From the NCBI GenBank assembly GCA_001275005.1, contig JWZX01003134.1, forward strand, positions 1 to 50,808: 50,808 nucleotides of DNA. Reading direction: 5' to 3'. Each line of letters opens with the position of its first letter. The stretch's first letter is position 1. The notes beneath the pieces are model-generated. The model was not told the DNA's origin. It saw only the letters and a list, made by a program, of their open reading frames with translations, and did no database searches. Positions 30,736-42,278 of the stretch are shown here, piece by piece. The position numbers and the translations under genes were made by a program. Source of the DNA: Chrysochromulina tobinii. Lineage: Eukaryota.

Positions 30736-31866
30736 ATGGCTTTCATCATCGCTTGGCTTTCATGGATGTGCATACTTCCGTGCTCACAGGTGGCGGTGGT
30801 GCTACAAATGGGGCAGGGCGTCGTAGACCGCTCGCAAGGCCGCTGTTCAAAGGCCAAGAGCAGCACGCAGTGCGCAGCGACTACGGGGGGTGTCTGCGCA
30901 AGAGAGATATGCAGCTGCGAACGAACGAACTCGCGCTGTTTGCCTGACGGATGCTCTCCAACGCTTGCCGATATTGCAGCAGCTTCAGTGGCACGACTCC
31001 CACAGTGTGTCACAGATCTCGCATGTAACGCCAAGCTTGGGGCGGGGGTGTGCATAGCAGGCCGCTGCCGCTGTGCTGACTCATGGGGCATGTGGAACTG
31101 CAGCTACTTCAACGGCCGTCAGAACGTGAGCAGCAACCAACTGTACAAGGAGTCGATCTACGCAACGTACTATGCCAACCTCAGCATGATCCAGCAGCAG
31201 ACGTTGAGCAGCGAGGTGATGAGCAAGCGCGAGCGTGGCATAGGTTTAAGCGGTCCTGGCTCGACGGTGGAGGAGACGGAGGGAGTGCGGACGGCGCTTC
31301 CCGTACTGATCAATACCTTCGGCATCCGCTCCATCATCGATGTCCCCTGCGGAGACTTTAACTACATGCGAGCCGTGCTAAGATCGGAGGCGCTAATGGC
31401 GGGTGTCAACTACACAGGTTTGGACATCGTGTCCAGCTTGATCAACGTATTGAGGACCACCTACGGCCATCCGAAGGCCCACGCTCGGCACAACCTCTCG
31501 TTCGGACGGTTCGATCTGTCGACCCAATACTTGTGGCCAGCTGACCTTCTCATCGTGCGAGACATCCTTTTCCACTTCGACATGAAGCGCGTGCTCGAGG
31601 TGCTTGACCGCATCGATGAGTCCGGATGCCGTTACGCATTGATCACTACCTTCCCGACGCACTTGGCATCGGCGGCCGACGCCAAGTTCCGCGCAGGACG
31701 TGGCTTTAGCTCATATGCGTCGTGGAATTTAGAGGATGAGCCCTTCCACCTACCGCCACCGCTGCTGGCCATAGGCAGAGACGGGGGCAGCTCGGATCGC
31801 GTGATGGGTTTGTGGAGATGCCCACTCAGGGTGCGGCAGGCAGGAGGGCAGGCAGCGGCCATGTAG
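30736..31866 (+). CDS. Secreted protein with a Cys-rich/EGF-like N-terminus fused to a class I SAM methyltransferase domain
   Basis: Signal-like N-terminus; GVCIAGRCRCADSWGMWNC; SGPGS...IRSIIDVPCGDFNYM, YTGLDIV, DLLIVRDILFH. Confidence 0.8.
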   Translation: MAFIIAWLSWMCILPCSQVAVVLQMGQGVVDRSQGRCSKAKSSTQCAATTGGVCAREICSCERTNSRCLPDGCSPTLADIAAASVARLPQCVTDLACNAKLGAGVCIAGRCRCADSWGMWNCSYFNGRQNVSSNQLYKESIYATYYANLSMIQQQTLSSEVMSKRERGIGLSGPGSTVEETEGVRTALPVLINTFGIRSIIDVPCGDFNYMRAVLRSEALMAGVNYTGLDIVSSLINVLRTTYGHPKAHARHNLSFGRFDLSTQYLWPADLLIVRDILFHFDMKRVLEVLDRIDESGCRYALITTFPTHLASAADAKFRAGRGFSSYASWNLEDEPFHLPPPLLAIGRDGGSSDRVMGLWRCPLRVRQAGGQAAAM

Positions 31867-32689
31867 GAGGGTTTGTAGAGCGGTGCGCCTACTCAGGCCG
31901 CCAAGCCGAGAAGGCCCAGCTGCGCAGCACCGCAGCTCCTGGCCCGTGGCCGCGCGCCCGAAGGGACTGTGTCAACGGCACTACTACAACTAAGCAACAC
32001 GGATTCATGCATCGCAAACGGCTATAATGACCAATACATTCGCCTACAACTGAAGTGTCAGGGAAGCCGCACACCGTCGGCGTCGCGCAGAGAAACGCCG
32101 CGCGTCGCTAGGACCAGACGCGAGACGGGTCACGCACACGTAGACGTACCCCAAATAGACGAGACGAGGTCGGTACCGTATAAGTATTCGAATAAATCTT
32201 TGGCTATCTCCTAGCTTTAACTAGCCGTATCACCTATCTCCTACGGAGGTTCCGATTTTAACCGGTTCGGGCTTCGGGCCCGGTTCCAGGGGGTGTCGAC
32301 CTGTCGTGTCCGGGTGGGACCCGACCCGCACCTGTCGCGCGCCTTGCGATGTGACGGGTGAGGCGACATGACACCTTGGCACACTGCCACCGGTCCACAC
32401 GTGGGAACGGGCGGAATAATTGAAGTTGAACAATATCCGGATAGTTGCGAGATAGGCTCTTCTTACTCTTCCGATGTGTAGAGTTCAACGTTCGCGACGG
32501 TACAACACGAAACAACACGAAACAACACGAACGTTGCCGAATCCGTGTGTGTCAGGAGCTGCGGATCATCATGCGCCCGGGGTATTGACGCCCTATAGAA
32601 AGGGGGGTAATCAAGTTGCCCCGCGCGCATTGCGCGCGGCAAGGCGAGGGCGGCGAAAGCACGCGAGTCATGAGCAGGCTCACACTTCG

Positions 32690-33110
32690 CCGCCGCATCA
32701 ACGCAGCCGCAACTATCGTATACTCACCGCGCCACGCCGCCGTGCTGCGCGCTCACCTTCACCACCTTCACCTCTTTGAGCATCGCCAACGAGCCACTCG
32801 GCATGCTGCACCTTGGCGACCGTGGCGACGGCGCCACTGCCGGCAAGGAGACTGCCAGGCAGCGCTACGCCCACATCAACGCTGGCCACGTTGACGTTCC
32901 GGACTTTATCCGGTTTGGCGTCAAGCCGCAATGCTACGAGCTCAAATTTCTACACCCCCTTCTCGACCCCCTTCCACGTTTCCCCCGCCCTCGGCCTCGG
33001 CTCGACGGACAAGGGCGGCGCCGCCACGGCGGACGGTAGGTGGACGGCGGACGCTTCGCCATGGGCAACACTGAGGAAGCCCGGATTGCGCGGTACGCGT
33101 CCCCCCCGAC
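32690..33110 (+). mobile_element. Possible degraded retroelement fragment (restriction-like endonuclease region)
   Basis: Frameshifted protein-like pieces RHAAVLRA...HINAGHVDVPDFIR...CYELK...ALGLGS...FAMGNTEE with PD...ExK spacing; no reverse transcriptase seen. Confidence 0.35.
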
Positions 33111-33735
33111 GCCGAGAGCGGTCGGTGTACGCGCGTCGCGTAGAAGGGGACGATTTAGTACCGTTGCGTTGGTTTGCGTCGGTCCGGGTATGCATGCGCG
33201 AATCCCGGCGCCGGCTAGGCGCCGGCCACAGAGTGACGCGCGCAACCGGCAGAACTGCATCCCGCACAACGGAGCGACAACGGGACACGGACGGGAGCCG
33301 AGCATCGTTCCCCAGCGTAGTACCTTGCATTCATATCAAATATGTATCACCCTCTAACACCCCCGCCATGTCCGCCAGTCCGCCACTTCTACCATCCCCG
33401 CCGCCGCCCGCACCGCCGCCACCCTTGCCGCCTCGACCGCCAACGCCACCTCCGCCGATGCCGTCGCCGCCTAGTTCTGCTTCTCCACCGCCCCCGACGC
33501 CACCACCGTCCTCTCCACCGCCTCCCGTGCAGCCACCGCCACCGTCGCCTTTACCACCGCCTACCGTGCCTCCGCCTCCAACATCCATACGTTTTGCGTC
33601 CCTTATACTGTTGTATCCGATATATCTTTTGGAGGTATATCTAGTTCGGACTCGACTCATTTCAAACATTTACACGGTACACGGTATCCATGACGGTATC
33701 ATCATCTTCTTCATGCGATGTGCTCGCTCGTATGC

Positions 33736-36700
33736 TTATCGGCTGGCTGTGAAACGCCATGGGGGCCCGGCCTCGGGGATCGAGGCTGGATGACGCCATG
33801 GGGGCCCGGCCTCGGGGATGGAGGCTGGATGACGCCATGGGGGCCCGGCCTCGGGGATGGAGGCTGGCTGACGCCATGGGGGCCTGGCCTCGGGGATCGA
33901 GGCTGGTTGACGCCATGGGGGCCCGGCCTCGGGGATCGAGGCTGGCTGACGCCATGGGGGCCTGGCCTCGGGGATGGAGGCTGGATGACGCCATGGGGGC
34001 CCGGCCTCGGGGATCGAGGCTGGCTGACGCCATGGGGGCCCGGCCTCGGGGATCGAGGCTGGCTGACGCCATGGGGGCCCGGCCTCGGGGATCGAGGCTG
34101 TAATGTGGAAGTCTGCGGTTGATCTCCATGTAGGCTCCTCAAAATCAGTGTTCCCGTTCTCAACCACCGCCTTCTCAGCCGCCGCCTTCTCGGTCACCTG
34201 CACGGCCGCCAACTTCTCGGCCGCATCCTTCTTGGCCGCCGCAGCTTTCTCCGTCGCCGCCTTCGCCTTGGCCGCCTGCGCCTCGGCTGCCGCCTTTGCC
34301 TCAACCGCCGCCTTCTCGGCCACAACTTGCCATGCCTTCGCCGCCTTCACGGCTGCAGCCGCCTTGCTCGCTAGGCGTGTGCGCTGCTGCTCTTGTTCAC
34401 GCGTCTGGGCGCGCTTGGCAGGTGGCGCAGCGACGGGCGCCGAAGCGTCAGGCGCCGTCACGGGCGCTCTTTGTTCAGCGACGGGCGCTGCGGCGACGGG
34501 CGCTGCGGTGACTGGCGCTGCGGCGACGGGCGCTGCGGCTACGGGCGCTGGGGCGACGGGCGATGGGGCGACGGGCGCTGGGGCGACCTCCGCGGCCTCC
34601 TTGTCTGCCTTCTCCTTGGCTTCTGCGGCCTCCTTCTCGGCCTTCTTCGCCGCCTCGGCTGCCTCCTTCTCCGCCTTCTTCGCGGCCTTAGTGTCGATCG
34701 CGGCAGCCGTGGGTGGCTGCAGCTGCTGATCTCGATTCGGCTGGTGTGGCTCGTTCACAGCGCGCTCGACCAGTGCATCGTTAGCGGGCGCTGCCGCGAC
34801 GGGCGCTGCCGCAACGGGCGCTGCCGCGACGGGCGCTGCCGCGACGGGCGGCATCCTCGTAGACGTTGCACCGTCATCCGCAGCCCTTTGATCGAGTTCG
34901 CCATTCGCGAGACGCTTGAAGATGGTGTTGGGCTCGGAGCAACTCGCGCTTCGGGGCATGCGAAGGTTGGCCGCCTGCCCCGAGGCAGGATGGTTGTGGA
35001 GGTCGGTCGAGTTCCATGCAAACTCCGGCTGCGTGTGAGATGGTTCGTCGTCTTCGCACCGGCACGTCATTGCCGACACGTCCCTCGCCGCCGCCCTGAC
35101 GAGTCGCTTCTGGTCAGACTGACGGAGGACCGTCGCGCTCCGTGCAAGCTCCGTCTTGTTCGTCACGATCAGCTCATCGTCCCCCGGGTTCGTCAGAATG
35201 GGCCCATCGCCATCGCACGGACAGGTCGGTGATGTCGGTGAGAGGCCGGAGCTCGCCAGCATGATTGTCGTACCCGCACCCCCCATCGGCTCGATTCTCA
35301 GGCCAACGGGCCTCAGAGCGTCGCCGAGGCACTTGTCGGCAGCGCTGGCACCTGCCCAGCAGCTCTCGATGGCCAGCTGTCCGTCTGTGTAAGTATTAGA
35401 GACGGTCGCGAACGAGGTGGGGGGGCGCGGGAGGCTGCAGTCAAACTCGGTGCCGGCAGGACTGTACTGACGGAACGAGGCGAATTGCCTGTCCGCCTCG
35501 TTTCGCAAGAGTGACATCATGGCGACCTTGGGGTTCTTTGCGATGGACCGAAGTGCATCCTCCCATGCCACCATCGTCGCCTCATTACGTGCGAGCATGC
35601 ACTTTGTCGGCGGCCTTTCCTTCACGAGCTGCCCGGCCGTATTGGCGTTGACAAACTGCGGGAAGAAGTTGAGCGTGATCGTGCAGTTCGCGGGGGGGCA
35701 GACGTCCTTGGGCACTCCTTCACACACAAGATCGCGCACGCGGACGAAGTAGTCGGCGAAGTCGTACTTGAGACCCAAGTACAGCGAGGATGCATCGCCA
35801 GTGAGGTTCGTAGGTCGCATGCCCGGCTTCTTCGAGCTACTGAGCGCCAAGATCTTCTGGTTGAGTACTGGGTTGCTCCTCCTCCGAAGCGTACCGGTGC
35901 CGGAGTCGAAGATCGCATCCGCAAAGGACGACATGTTGCACCCGGTGACGTGTTCGGTCGTCGACCACACCATGCTCGTGTACGAGAAGGGCTCGCCGAG
36001 GTCGAACACGCACGGGTGGGTATTGAGCGCATGCCCAAACTCCGTCGCGCCACTTTCGTGGTCAGAGATGATGACGAGCACCTGTGCGAAAGACGAGCCA
36101 GCCTTCTCGGCCGCCGCCTCCTCGGCCGCCTCCTTCGCCGCCTCCTCCTTGGCCGCCGCCTTCTCCTTGGCCGCCTTCTCCGCCGCCTCCTTCTCCGCCG
36201 CCTCCTTCTCCGCCGCCTCCTTCTCCGCCGCCGCCTTCTCCGCCGCCGCCTTCTCCGCCGCCGCCTTCTCCGCCGCCGCCTTCTCCGCCGCCTCCTTCTC
36301 CGCCGCCGCCTCTGCCTCAGCATAGGCCTTCGCAGCCGCAGCCTCCGCCGCGGCCGCCGCCTCCTCGGCAGCCGCCTCCGCCTCAGACGCGGCCTCCTCG
36401 GCCGCCGCCTCCTTGGCCGCAGCCTTCTCAGCCTCGATTGCCAGCTCACACGCCATGTGGCACTCGGTTAGCATGAAGTCTGGGTTGGCCTCACACTCCC
36501 CCGCCGCAGCCCATTGGGGGCAGTCAGCGGGCTCGGGCGCGAGAATCGCGGCGAGCGTCGCCTTCTCCGCCGCCGCATTCTCTTCGTATGCCTGCTGGGC
36601 CGCGGCGTTTTGCGCGGCCACTCTCGTGGCTACGTCCGAACGCTCGCACGTGACCTTACACTGTGTCCTCGCGCACCACTGGGAGAGGCACTCCAGCGCG

Positions 36701-38130
36701 CATTCGCCCTGCAATGCTCGATGGGCGCAGTTCGGCGGCTCGTCAGCGGGGACGAGGAACTCGGTGAGAGCGGCCCTCTGGGCGATCCCGATTTCGAAGG
36801 CCGCCTTCTCGGCCGCCGCCCTCTCGGCGTACTCCTTCTGGGCCGCGGCGTTCATCTCGGCATCTGCCTTCTCGAGCGCCGTCTTTCTCGCGGCCGCCGC
36901 TTGCTCCGCCTCTGCCTTTCTAGCTGCCGCCGCTCGCTCCGCCTCTGCTTTCCTTGCCATTGCGGCTTGTTCGGCCGCTTCCTTTCTAACGGCCGCCGCC
37001 TTCTGATAGGCCGCCTCCTTGGCAGCCGCCTTCTCGGCCGCCGCCTTCTCCGCCAGCGCCTTCTGGAATTCCGCCTCGACGGCCGCCGCCATGCCGGCCG
37101 CTGCCTCCTCCGCTGCTGCCTTCTCCATCGCTGCCTTCTCCGCCGCCGCAGCCGCATTCTCCTCCGCCGCCGCCTCGATCGCCGCCTGCTCCGCCAACGC
37201 CCTCTGGAACGCCGCCTCGACGGCCGCTGCCTGCTCGGCCGCTGCCTTCTCCGCTGCTGCCTTCTCTGCCGTCGCCTTTTCCGCTGCCGCCTTCTCGGCC
37301 GCCGCCTTCTCGGCCAGCGCCTTCTGGAACTCCGCCTCGACGGCCGCTGCCTGCTCGGCCGCCGCCTTCTCGGCCGCACTCGCCGTCGCCGCCTTCTCGG
37401 CAACCGCCATCTGGAACGTCACCGCCGCCTTTTCTCTTGCCGCCTTCTCGGCCGCCGCCTTCTCGGCCACCGCCTTCTCTGCCGCTGCCTTCTCGGCCAC
37501 CGTCTTCTCGGCCGTCGCCTTCTCGGCCACCGCCTGCTCGGCCGCCGCCTTCTCGGCGACCGCCTTCTCTTTATTCGCTGCCTCCCTCTCGGCTGCATGA
37601 TCCTTGATCCATGACTTCCAGCAAGCAGCCTGGCACTCCTTGCGCATCAGGGCCGACTTGGCGGCCGAATTTGTGCTCGAGGCGATGCACTCGCCCGCAT
37701 CTGCCCGCGCGTCGCACCCTTCAGGGTCTGCTAACTCCCAACTGGCAGACTCCGGGGGATCCACGGGCCTTTTGATCTCGGTCCTTGACTCGGTCATGGC
37801 CGGCGCGGTCGGCTGGGTCGTGGTCGGCGTAGCAACCGTGGCCGGTGTATTGAGGTACCACGGTGTTCTGCCATCTTTTCTGCGGACTGCCGTCCCCGAG
37901 GCTGGTATGGTCAGCGAGGCTGGCTGGGCCTTCTCTGCCGCCGCCTTCTCCGCCGCTCGCTCCGCCGCCGCTCGCTCCGCTTCCGCCTTCTCCGCCGCCG
38001 CTCGCTCCGCCGTGACATGAGGCGTGGCGATCTCTGTGAGCGCTTGAAATGCAGCATTTGGGGGAAGCGCATGCGCGACGAGGGCGAGCGCTAGACATAT
38101 GGCAAGACGGCAGAGGTAGCCGTGGCCCAT
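33736..38130 (-). CDS. Giant secreted protein: EKAAA helical repeats, three ShK-like domains, sulfotransferase-like domain, C-terminal 13-aa repeats
   Basis: Signal peptide; [25 protein letters not shown] and two related motifs; [29 protein letters not shown]; (EKAAA)n; (APVAA)n. Confidence 0.8.
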   Translation of the reverse strand: MGHGYLCRLAICLALALVAHALPPNAAFQALTEIATPHVTAERAAAEKAEAERAAAERAAEKAAAEKAQPASLTIPASGTAVRRKDGRTPWYLNTPATVATPTTTQPTAPAMTESRTEIKRPVDPPESASWELADPEGCDARADAGECIASSTNSAAKSALMRKECQAACWKSWIKDHAAEREAANKEKAVAEKAAAEQAVAEKATAEKTVAEKAAAEKAVAEKAAAEKAAREKAAVTFQMAVAEKAATASAAEKAAAEQAAAVEAEFQKALAEKAAAEKAAAEKATAEKAAAEKAAAEQAAAVEAAFQRALAEQAAIEAAAEENAAAAAEKAAMEKAAAEEAAAGMAAAVEAEFQKALAEKAAAEKAAAKEAAYQKAAAVRKEAAEQAAMARKAEAERAAAARKAEAEQAAAARKTALEKADAEMNAAAQKEYAERAAAEKAAFEIGIAQRAALTEFLVPADEPPNCAHRALQGECALECLSQWCARTQCKVTCERSDVATRVAAQNAAAQQAYEENAAAEKATLAAILAPEPADCPQWAAAGECEANPDFMLTECHMACELAIEAEKAAAKEAAAEEAASEAEAAAEEAAAAAEAAAAKAYAEAEAAAEKEAAEKAAAEKAAAEKAAAEKAAAEKEAAEKEAAEKEAAEKAAKEKAAAKEEAAKEAAEEAAAEKAGSSFAQVLVIISDHESGATEFGHALNTHPCVFDLGEPFSYTSMVWSTTEHVTGCNMSSFADAIFDSGTGTLRRRSNPVLNQKILALSSSKKPGMRPTNLTGDASSLYLGLKYDFADYFVRVRDLVCEGVPKDVCPPANCTITLNFFPQFVNANTAGQLVKERPPTKCMLARNEATMVAWEDALRSIAKNPKVAMMSLLRNEADRQFASFRQYSPAGTEFDCSLPRPPTSFATVSNTYTDGQLAIESCWAGASAADKCLGDALRPVGLRIEPMGGAGTTIMLASSGLSPTSPTCPCDGDGPILTNPGDDELIVTNKTELARSATVLRQSDQKRLVRAAARDVSAMTCRCEDDEPSHTQPEFAWNSTDLHNHPASGQAANLRMPRSASCSEPNTIFKRLANGELDQRAADDGATSTRMPPVAAAPVAAAPVAAAPVAAAPANDALVERAVNEPHQPNRDQQLQPPTAAAIDTKAAKKAEKEAAEAAKKAEKEAAEAKEKADKEAAEVAPAPVAPSPVAPAPVAAAPVAAAPVTAAPVAAAPVAEQRAPVTAPDASAPVAAPPAKRAQTREQEQQRTRLASKAAAAVKAAKAWQVVAEKAAVEAKAAAEAQAAKAKAATEKAAAAKKDAAEKLAAVQVTEKAAAEKAVVENGNTDFEEPTWRSTADFHITASIPEAGPPWRQPASIPEAGPPWRQPASIPEAGPPWRHPASIPEARPPWRQPASIPEAGPPWRQPASIPEARPPWRQPASIPEAGPPWRHPASIPEAGPPWRHPASIPEAGPPWRFTASR
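33754..34100. repeat. 39-bp minisatellite, 9 copies
   Basis: ACGCCATGGGGGCCYGGCCTCGGGGATSGAGGCTGGHTG. Confidence 0.95.
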
Positions 38131-38372
38131 GTCTCCTTGCCAATTACCAAATTTGGTCGTCTGCTTTGGCTGACGATGCATGCAGTTTGAAAGTGCAAAC
38201 CGGCCTCACGGTGCGCATTCGCCCCGGGTGTTAGAGGCCGCAACGCTCCCCGCCTAAGTATGATGCGCCGCCGTTTCAAAGCAGGTTTGAACTTCGATGA
38301 TCGGAGACGCCGCGCACGTTCGAGTGGCAAAAGTGCCGAGACACAACACGGCCGTCCAGGCAATCGCCCTCA

Positions 38373-39872
38373 ATGCGATTCTTCTCACTGTGCATCATCG
38401 CAGCGGCGCGTACCGCTCTTGTGAGCGCGGTTGCGCCGCGTAAGCGCATGTTGATGATGGTGGGCGGAGATCTCGACGATTACAACCGCGAGATCTTCGA
38501 GTTGATCATCTCGAACGCCGGTGGATCCAACAGCACTCTCTGCGTCATTGCAACCAATGGCGAAGATCCATGCTGCGACCCCGACAGCAGTTGGGTGTTC
38601 TACCAGCAGTTGTTCACCGGTTACGGTGCGACCGACGTCAAGTACATCAACATCGATGTGAACAACAGCTTTCCAAGGTCCCACACGGGGAACGCGTATG
38701 ACCCTGCGATCATCGAGCAGATCAAATCGTGCGACGGGTTTTGGTTTGGCGGCGGCGACCAGACGCGCATCATGAAAGCCTGGTACGACAACAACGTGAC
38801 GGGCAAGCTGAACACGCGAACGCCGACACCGGCGATGACGGCACTGCTTGAGCGCTTCGAGGAGCATGGCGGCGTGCTGGCGGGCTCGTCCGCCGGCACT
38901 GACTGCCACAATGCGAAGGTCATGGTCACCGACGGTGACTCCTACTCCGGACTCGTGAAGGATACTGTCGCATACAACTACAGTGAAGGTGCGGTCGACC
39001 TGGACGACGGTACAGTGACCTTCGACCCGAATGGAGCGCTTGGCACGTTCTCGTATGGGCTCCTTGACACCCACTTTGGCGAGCGCGGTCGTCAGGGCCG
39101 GATGATTCGGCTTCTGATGGACACGCTGCACCTGCCGAATGGGTATCCGATTGGGTTTGGCGTCGACCAGAACACAGTGATCATCGTGGACAAGGATGAC
39201 CCTTCGCACGCCATTGTCCGAGGCCAGGCCGGCGTCACCATCTGTAACGCGTCGACCCTGATTGCACCTGATTGCACCTGATTGCACCTGATTGCACTTG
39301 ATTGCACCTGATTGCACCTGATTGCATGAGCAGGTAACGTGGAGGACGCGTCGACGACGCAGTGGGCGGGCGCTTGGTCCGTGACCAACGTGCGCTGCAA
39401 CTACGCCACGCCGGGCGATACCGTGCACATGACCACAGGCACCATCTCCTTCGGTGCGGACAAGACGGCTCTCAAAGGACGGGAGACTGCCGAGCAGCCC
39501 TACACTTCACGCGACGTCTTCAACTCGCCGAAGAACCCCTCGACCACGGGCAGCACGCACGAGTTCGTGCTTCAGGCCACGTCGCTGTTCAACTCGACAG
39601 CCACGACATCGACCGGACTGACCTTTGAGACGGAGCCCAAGACGTTCGCCGTGCGCATGACGAAGGATGACAGGTCCGTGGCCTATCAGGGAATGCACAA
39701 CTTCAATGGCACTCTACAAAGCTACACCTCCTACATGGACTTGGTGGTAGACATCTTCGCCCTCGACACCAAAGAGGCACTCAGCATGGCGTTCATGGGT
39801 GGAGTAACGGCTGAGCGCGCGCAGATCAAAGGGACGATAGCCGCCGCCCGTGCGCCACGCGAAGATAAGTAA
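38373..39872 (+). CDS. Secreted cyanophycinase-like serine peptidase, S51 (exons 38373-39243, 39334-39872)
   Basis: Signal peptide; LMMVGG, GFWFGGGDQTR, AGSSAG nucleophile, LDTHFGERGRQGR, GFGVDQNT. Confidence 0.88.
39244..39333 (+). other. 90-nt intron with a (CTGATTGCAC)n array
   Basis: T|GTAACGCGTCGAC...GCAG|GTAACGTGGAGGACGCGTCGAC; 7 ten-mer units. Confidence 0.9.
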
Positions 39873-40146
39873 AAGCTCGTGTGGACACGGCTCACGGGGT
39901 TTGTGTCCCGGTGATCCCGGATGGCATGTTTTGCGCGCTCGCGACATGTGGCACCAACAGCAGGCGCCCAACACTGTGGGCCCAAGCGCAACGCAAGAAA
40001 TATATTGTGCGAGCGGCCCGATTCGCGCATCGTTTTAAACTCCGGGGGGAACCGGGACACACGGGCCTGTATGCGTGCGCGGCGCGGCGCGGCGGCCCCG
40101 GCACCCCCCCACACGACGACCGGACACAGGGAAATTTCGCTCCTCT

Positions 40147-40245
40147 GTTCAAGTTCAAGTTACTACATAAACAACAGACAACCTAAAGGAAGTTGAACTT
40201 GAACTTGAACTTCAGAGCTTCAAGTTGAACTTGAGAACTTCAACT
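40147..40245. repeat. (AACTTG)n hexamer tract forming a 15-bp inverted repeat
   Basis: GTTCAAGTTCAAGTT (40147-40161) and AACTTGAACTTGAAC (40196-40210). Confidence 0.8.
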
Positions 40246-40294
40246 ACCGGTAACTTGAAACATGCATGGGTGTGAAAGGCGAAACAACAACCAT

Positions 40295-41819
40295 ATGGCG
40301 GGGGCTCTCGACGCCTTCACCGTCGAGGCCGGTGCGCTCCAGATCTGCCTCGACCCGGGCAAGTTCGTCCAACGCAAGCGCCCGCCGACTACGAATTTGC
40401 CGGAGAGAGAAACGTGCCCGGCGATCCTCTCGCGATACTCATGGATCGGCACTGCAGCGGAGCGCCGCGTGGAATGCTGTGTCGGCCGGCGGGCGGCTGC
40501 CTTGGAGGCGCAGCGCTTCGTGCCGTGCGACGGGCACCGGGCACCGAGCTTGGCGACGGTTCTCTCGGCGCTGCGTGGGCGCACCATCGCGTTTGTGGGC
40601 GACTCGACGATGCAACAGCTGTGGACGGGCCTCTTGGCCGAGCTCTACCGTGCCCCGCTAACGCTTGAGATCACGCAGCGCGTGCTCGAGTACGACATGC
40701 GGCCGCAGAACCACAACCGAGACGCGATGTGCACGGTGTCGCACACCAACCCACCGCGCCAAGGCGGCAGCCAGATCAACTTCCGGCTCGACGCGCGCGC
40801 GGCGCCGCTCACGTGCAACCTCACGCAGTACCGTGGCGGGCCGGCGCAGAGCTCGTGGCCACTCCTGGCCGAGTGCCGCGCGCTGCCCGACCTGGAGATG
40901 ATGGTGCCCGAGGCAGACGTTCTCTTCCTCTTCTACCGCGTCGACGCCAACATCTCCAAGAGCGTACGTCCGGCGTTTCGGCAGAGTCAGCACTGCCGCA
41001 CACCGGAGATGCTCTTCGAGCGCCGTATCGACGCGGCGCTCGAGGCCGCCGACGCTGCCGTGGCCAACATTGGCGTGTGGTACGGGCGCGGCGCCGAATG
41101 GGCGAGCACGACACCCGACCGAACCGCCGAACGCTACCGCGCCGACGTGCGTCATCTACTCGGCCGTCTCAACGGCCTTGCTCCGCAGGGTAAGCTAGGG
41201 CTCTACAGGGAGTCGACGCCGCAACACTTTGAGACTTCGACCGGCTCGGGGCTCTTCGAGGAGCGCCAAAAGAGCACGGGCGCCCAGTTTGGTGGACGCC
41301 GGCTCGGCGGCGGCGCCCACGGCGCCAAAGGCTGCCTGCAGGAATGCCCGCCACTTGGCCCCCAGTACCGCGACCGTCCCGATTGGCGCAACGAGGTGAT
41401 GATGACCGAGGCGGCGGCGCTGCGATTCCCCGCAGACGCGATCGTGCCCGTGGGGGCGCTCCCTGCGCCCGATGGCCAACGCGCACAAGGACACGAAGTG
41501 GGCCTGCGAGCTCGACTGCACGCACTACTGCTACCATCCACTTCTGTGGAGCGGTCTGCTCGACGGGCTGTACAGGCGCTGGTACCGCTGGGCGCTGACG
41601 GCCGGCCGCTCGCTGCCGCTCGCGCCGCGCCGGTGGGATTTGCTGGGGGCTGATTTGCCGAGCGAGGTGGGTAAACGAATCCTTCGCTCGCGCACCCTCG
41701 CGGGCAAGGTGGGCAATGGCAAGGTGGGCAATGGCAAGGCGTCCATGCTACAAGCAAAGCTCTTGAGGCGCGAAGAGAAGCTTAAGCTGGCAAGCCGCAG
41801 CCGAGCAGCTGACCCGTGA
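40295..41819 (+). CDS. TBL/PC-esterase-like (SGNH) polysaccharide O-acetyltransferase with a 1-nt frameshift near 41450
   Basis: LRGRTIAFVGDS, YRESTPQHF and DWRN in one frame; catalytic DCTHYC in ORF 41472-41819. Confidence 0.75.
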
Positions 41820-42278
41820 CCACCTCATTCACGTTCACAGCTGACCCGTGACCGCGCGGCGCGTGCCGACGATCGCGTATCTCGGTACACACATCACCGA
41901 ACGGTGCGTGGTGTTCTTGGGGGGCTCCGCGCGATTGGCCCTCCCAAGCGGCCCAACGCGAGATCTCGCACCGCGAGATCTCGTAAGTGGACCAAGCGGC
42001 CGCGCTAAGCATGGATGTCGACCACTACGTTGGCTCCGACGAGCGCGCGCTCTCACAGGGAAGCTTTTGCATGCTGTGATGAGCGGAGCTGCGAGCAGGG
42101 GACCCCGCCCTGCTGCGGCGACGTGCCAATCAAATATGTTCGTCACGCGTCACGGTACCGGGGTCGGCCCAGTGTGTGTTTCTTCGCACTGTTAACTTAA
42201 CAAGAAAGCCCAATACAATTCGAGACGGGTTGAGAAAACCTTCTTTGGACCCGTCCAGCGAGGTCTGTCGTGTCGTTT

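Noticed and set aside
33368..33793. Poly-proline ORF (MSASPPLLPSPPPP…)
   Set aside because: Low complexity only, no domain; may be a gene fragment but cannot be supported.
33754..34100. 39-bp repeats as a CRISPR array
   Set aside because: Head-to-tail repeats without unique spacers, no cas genes, eukaryotic context.
34103..38020. Long antisense and alternative-frame ORFs over the giant gene and elsewhere
   Set aside because: Expected shadows of GC-rich, low-complexity coding DNA; no independent motifs.
17..41819. Glycan-modification genes as a true biosynthetic cluster
   Set aside because: They are dispersed among unrelated housekeeping genes, and such families are expected to be abundant in these algae.
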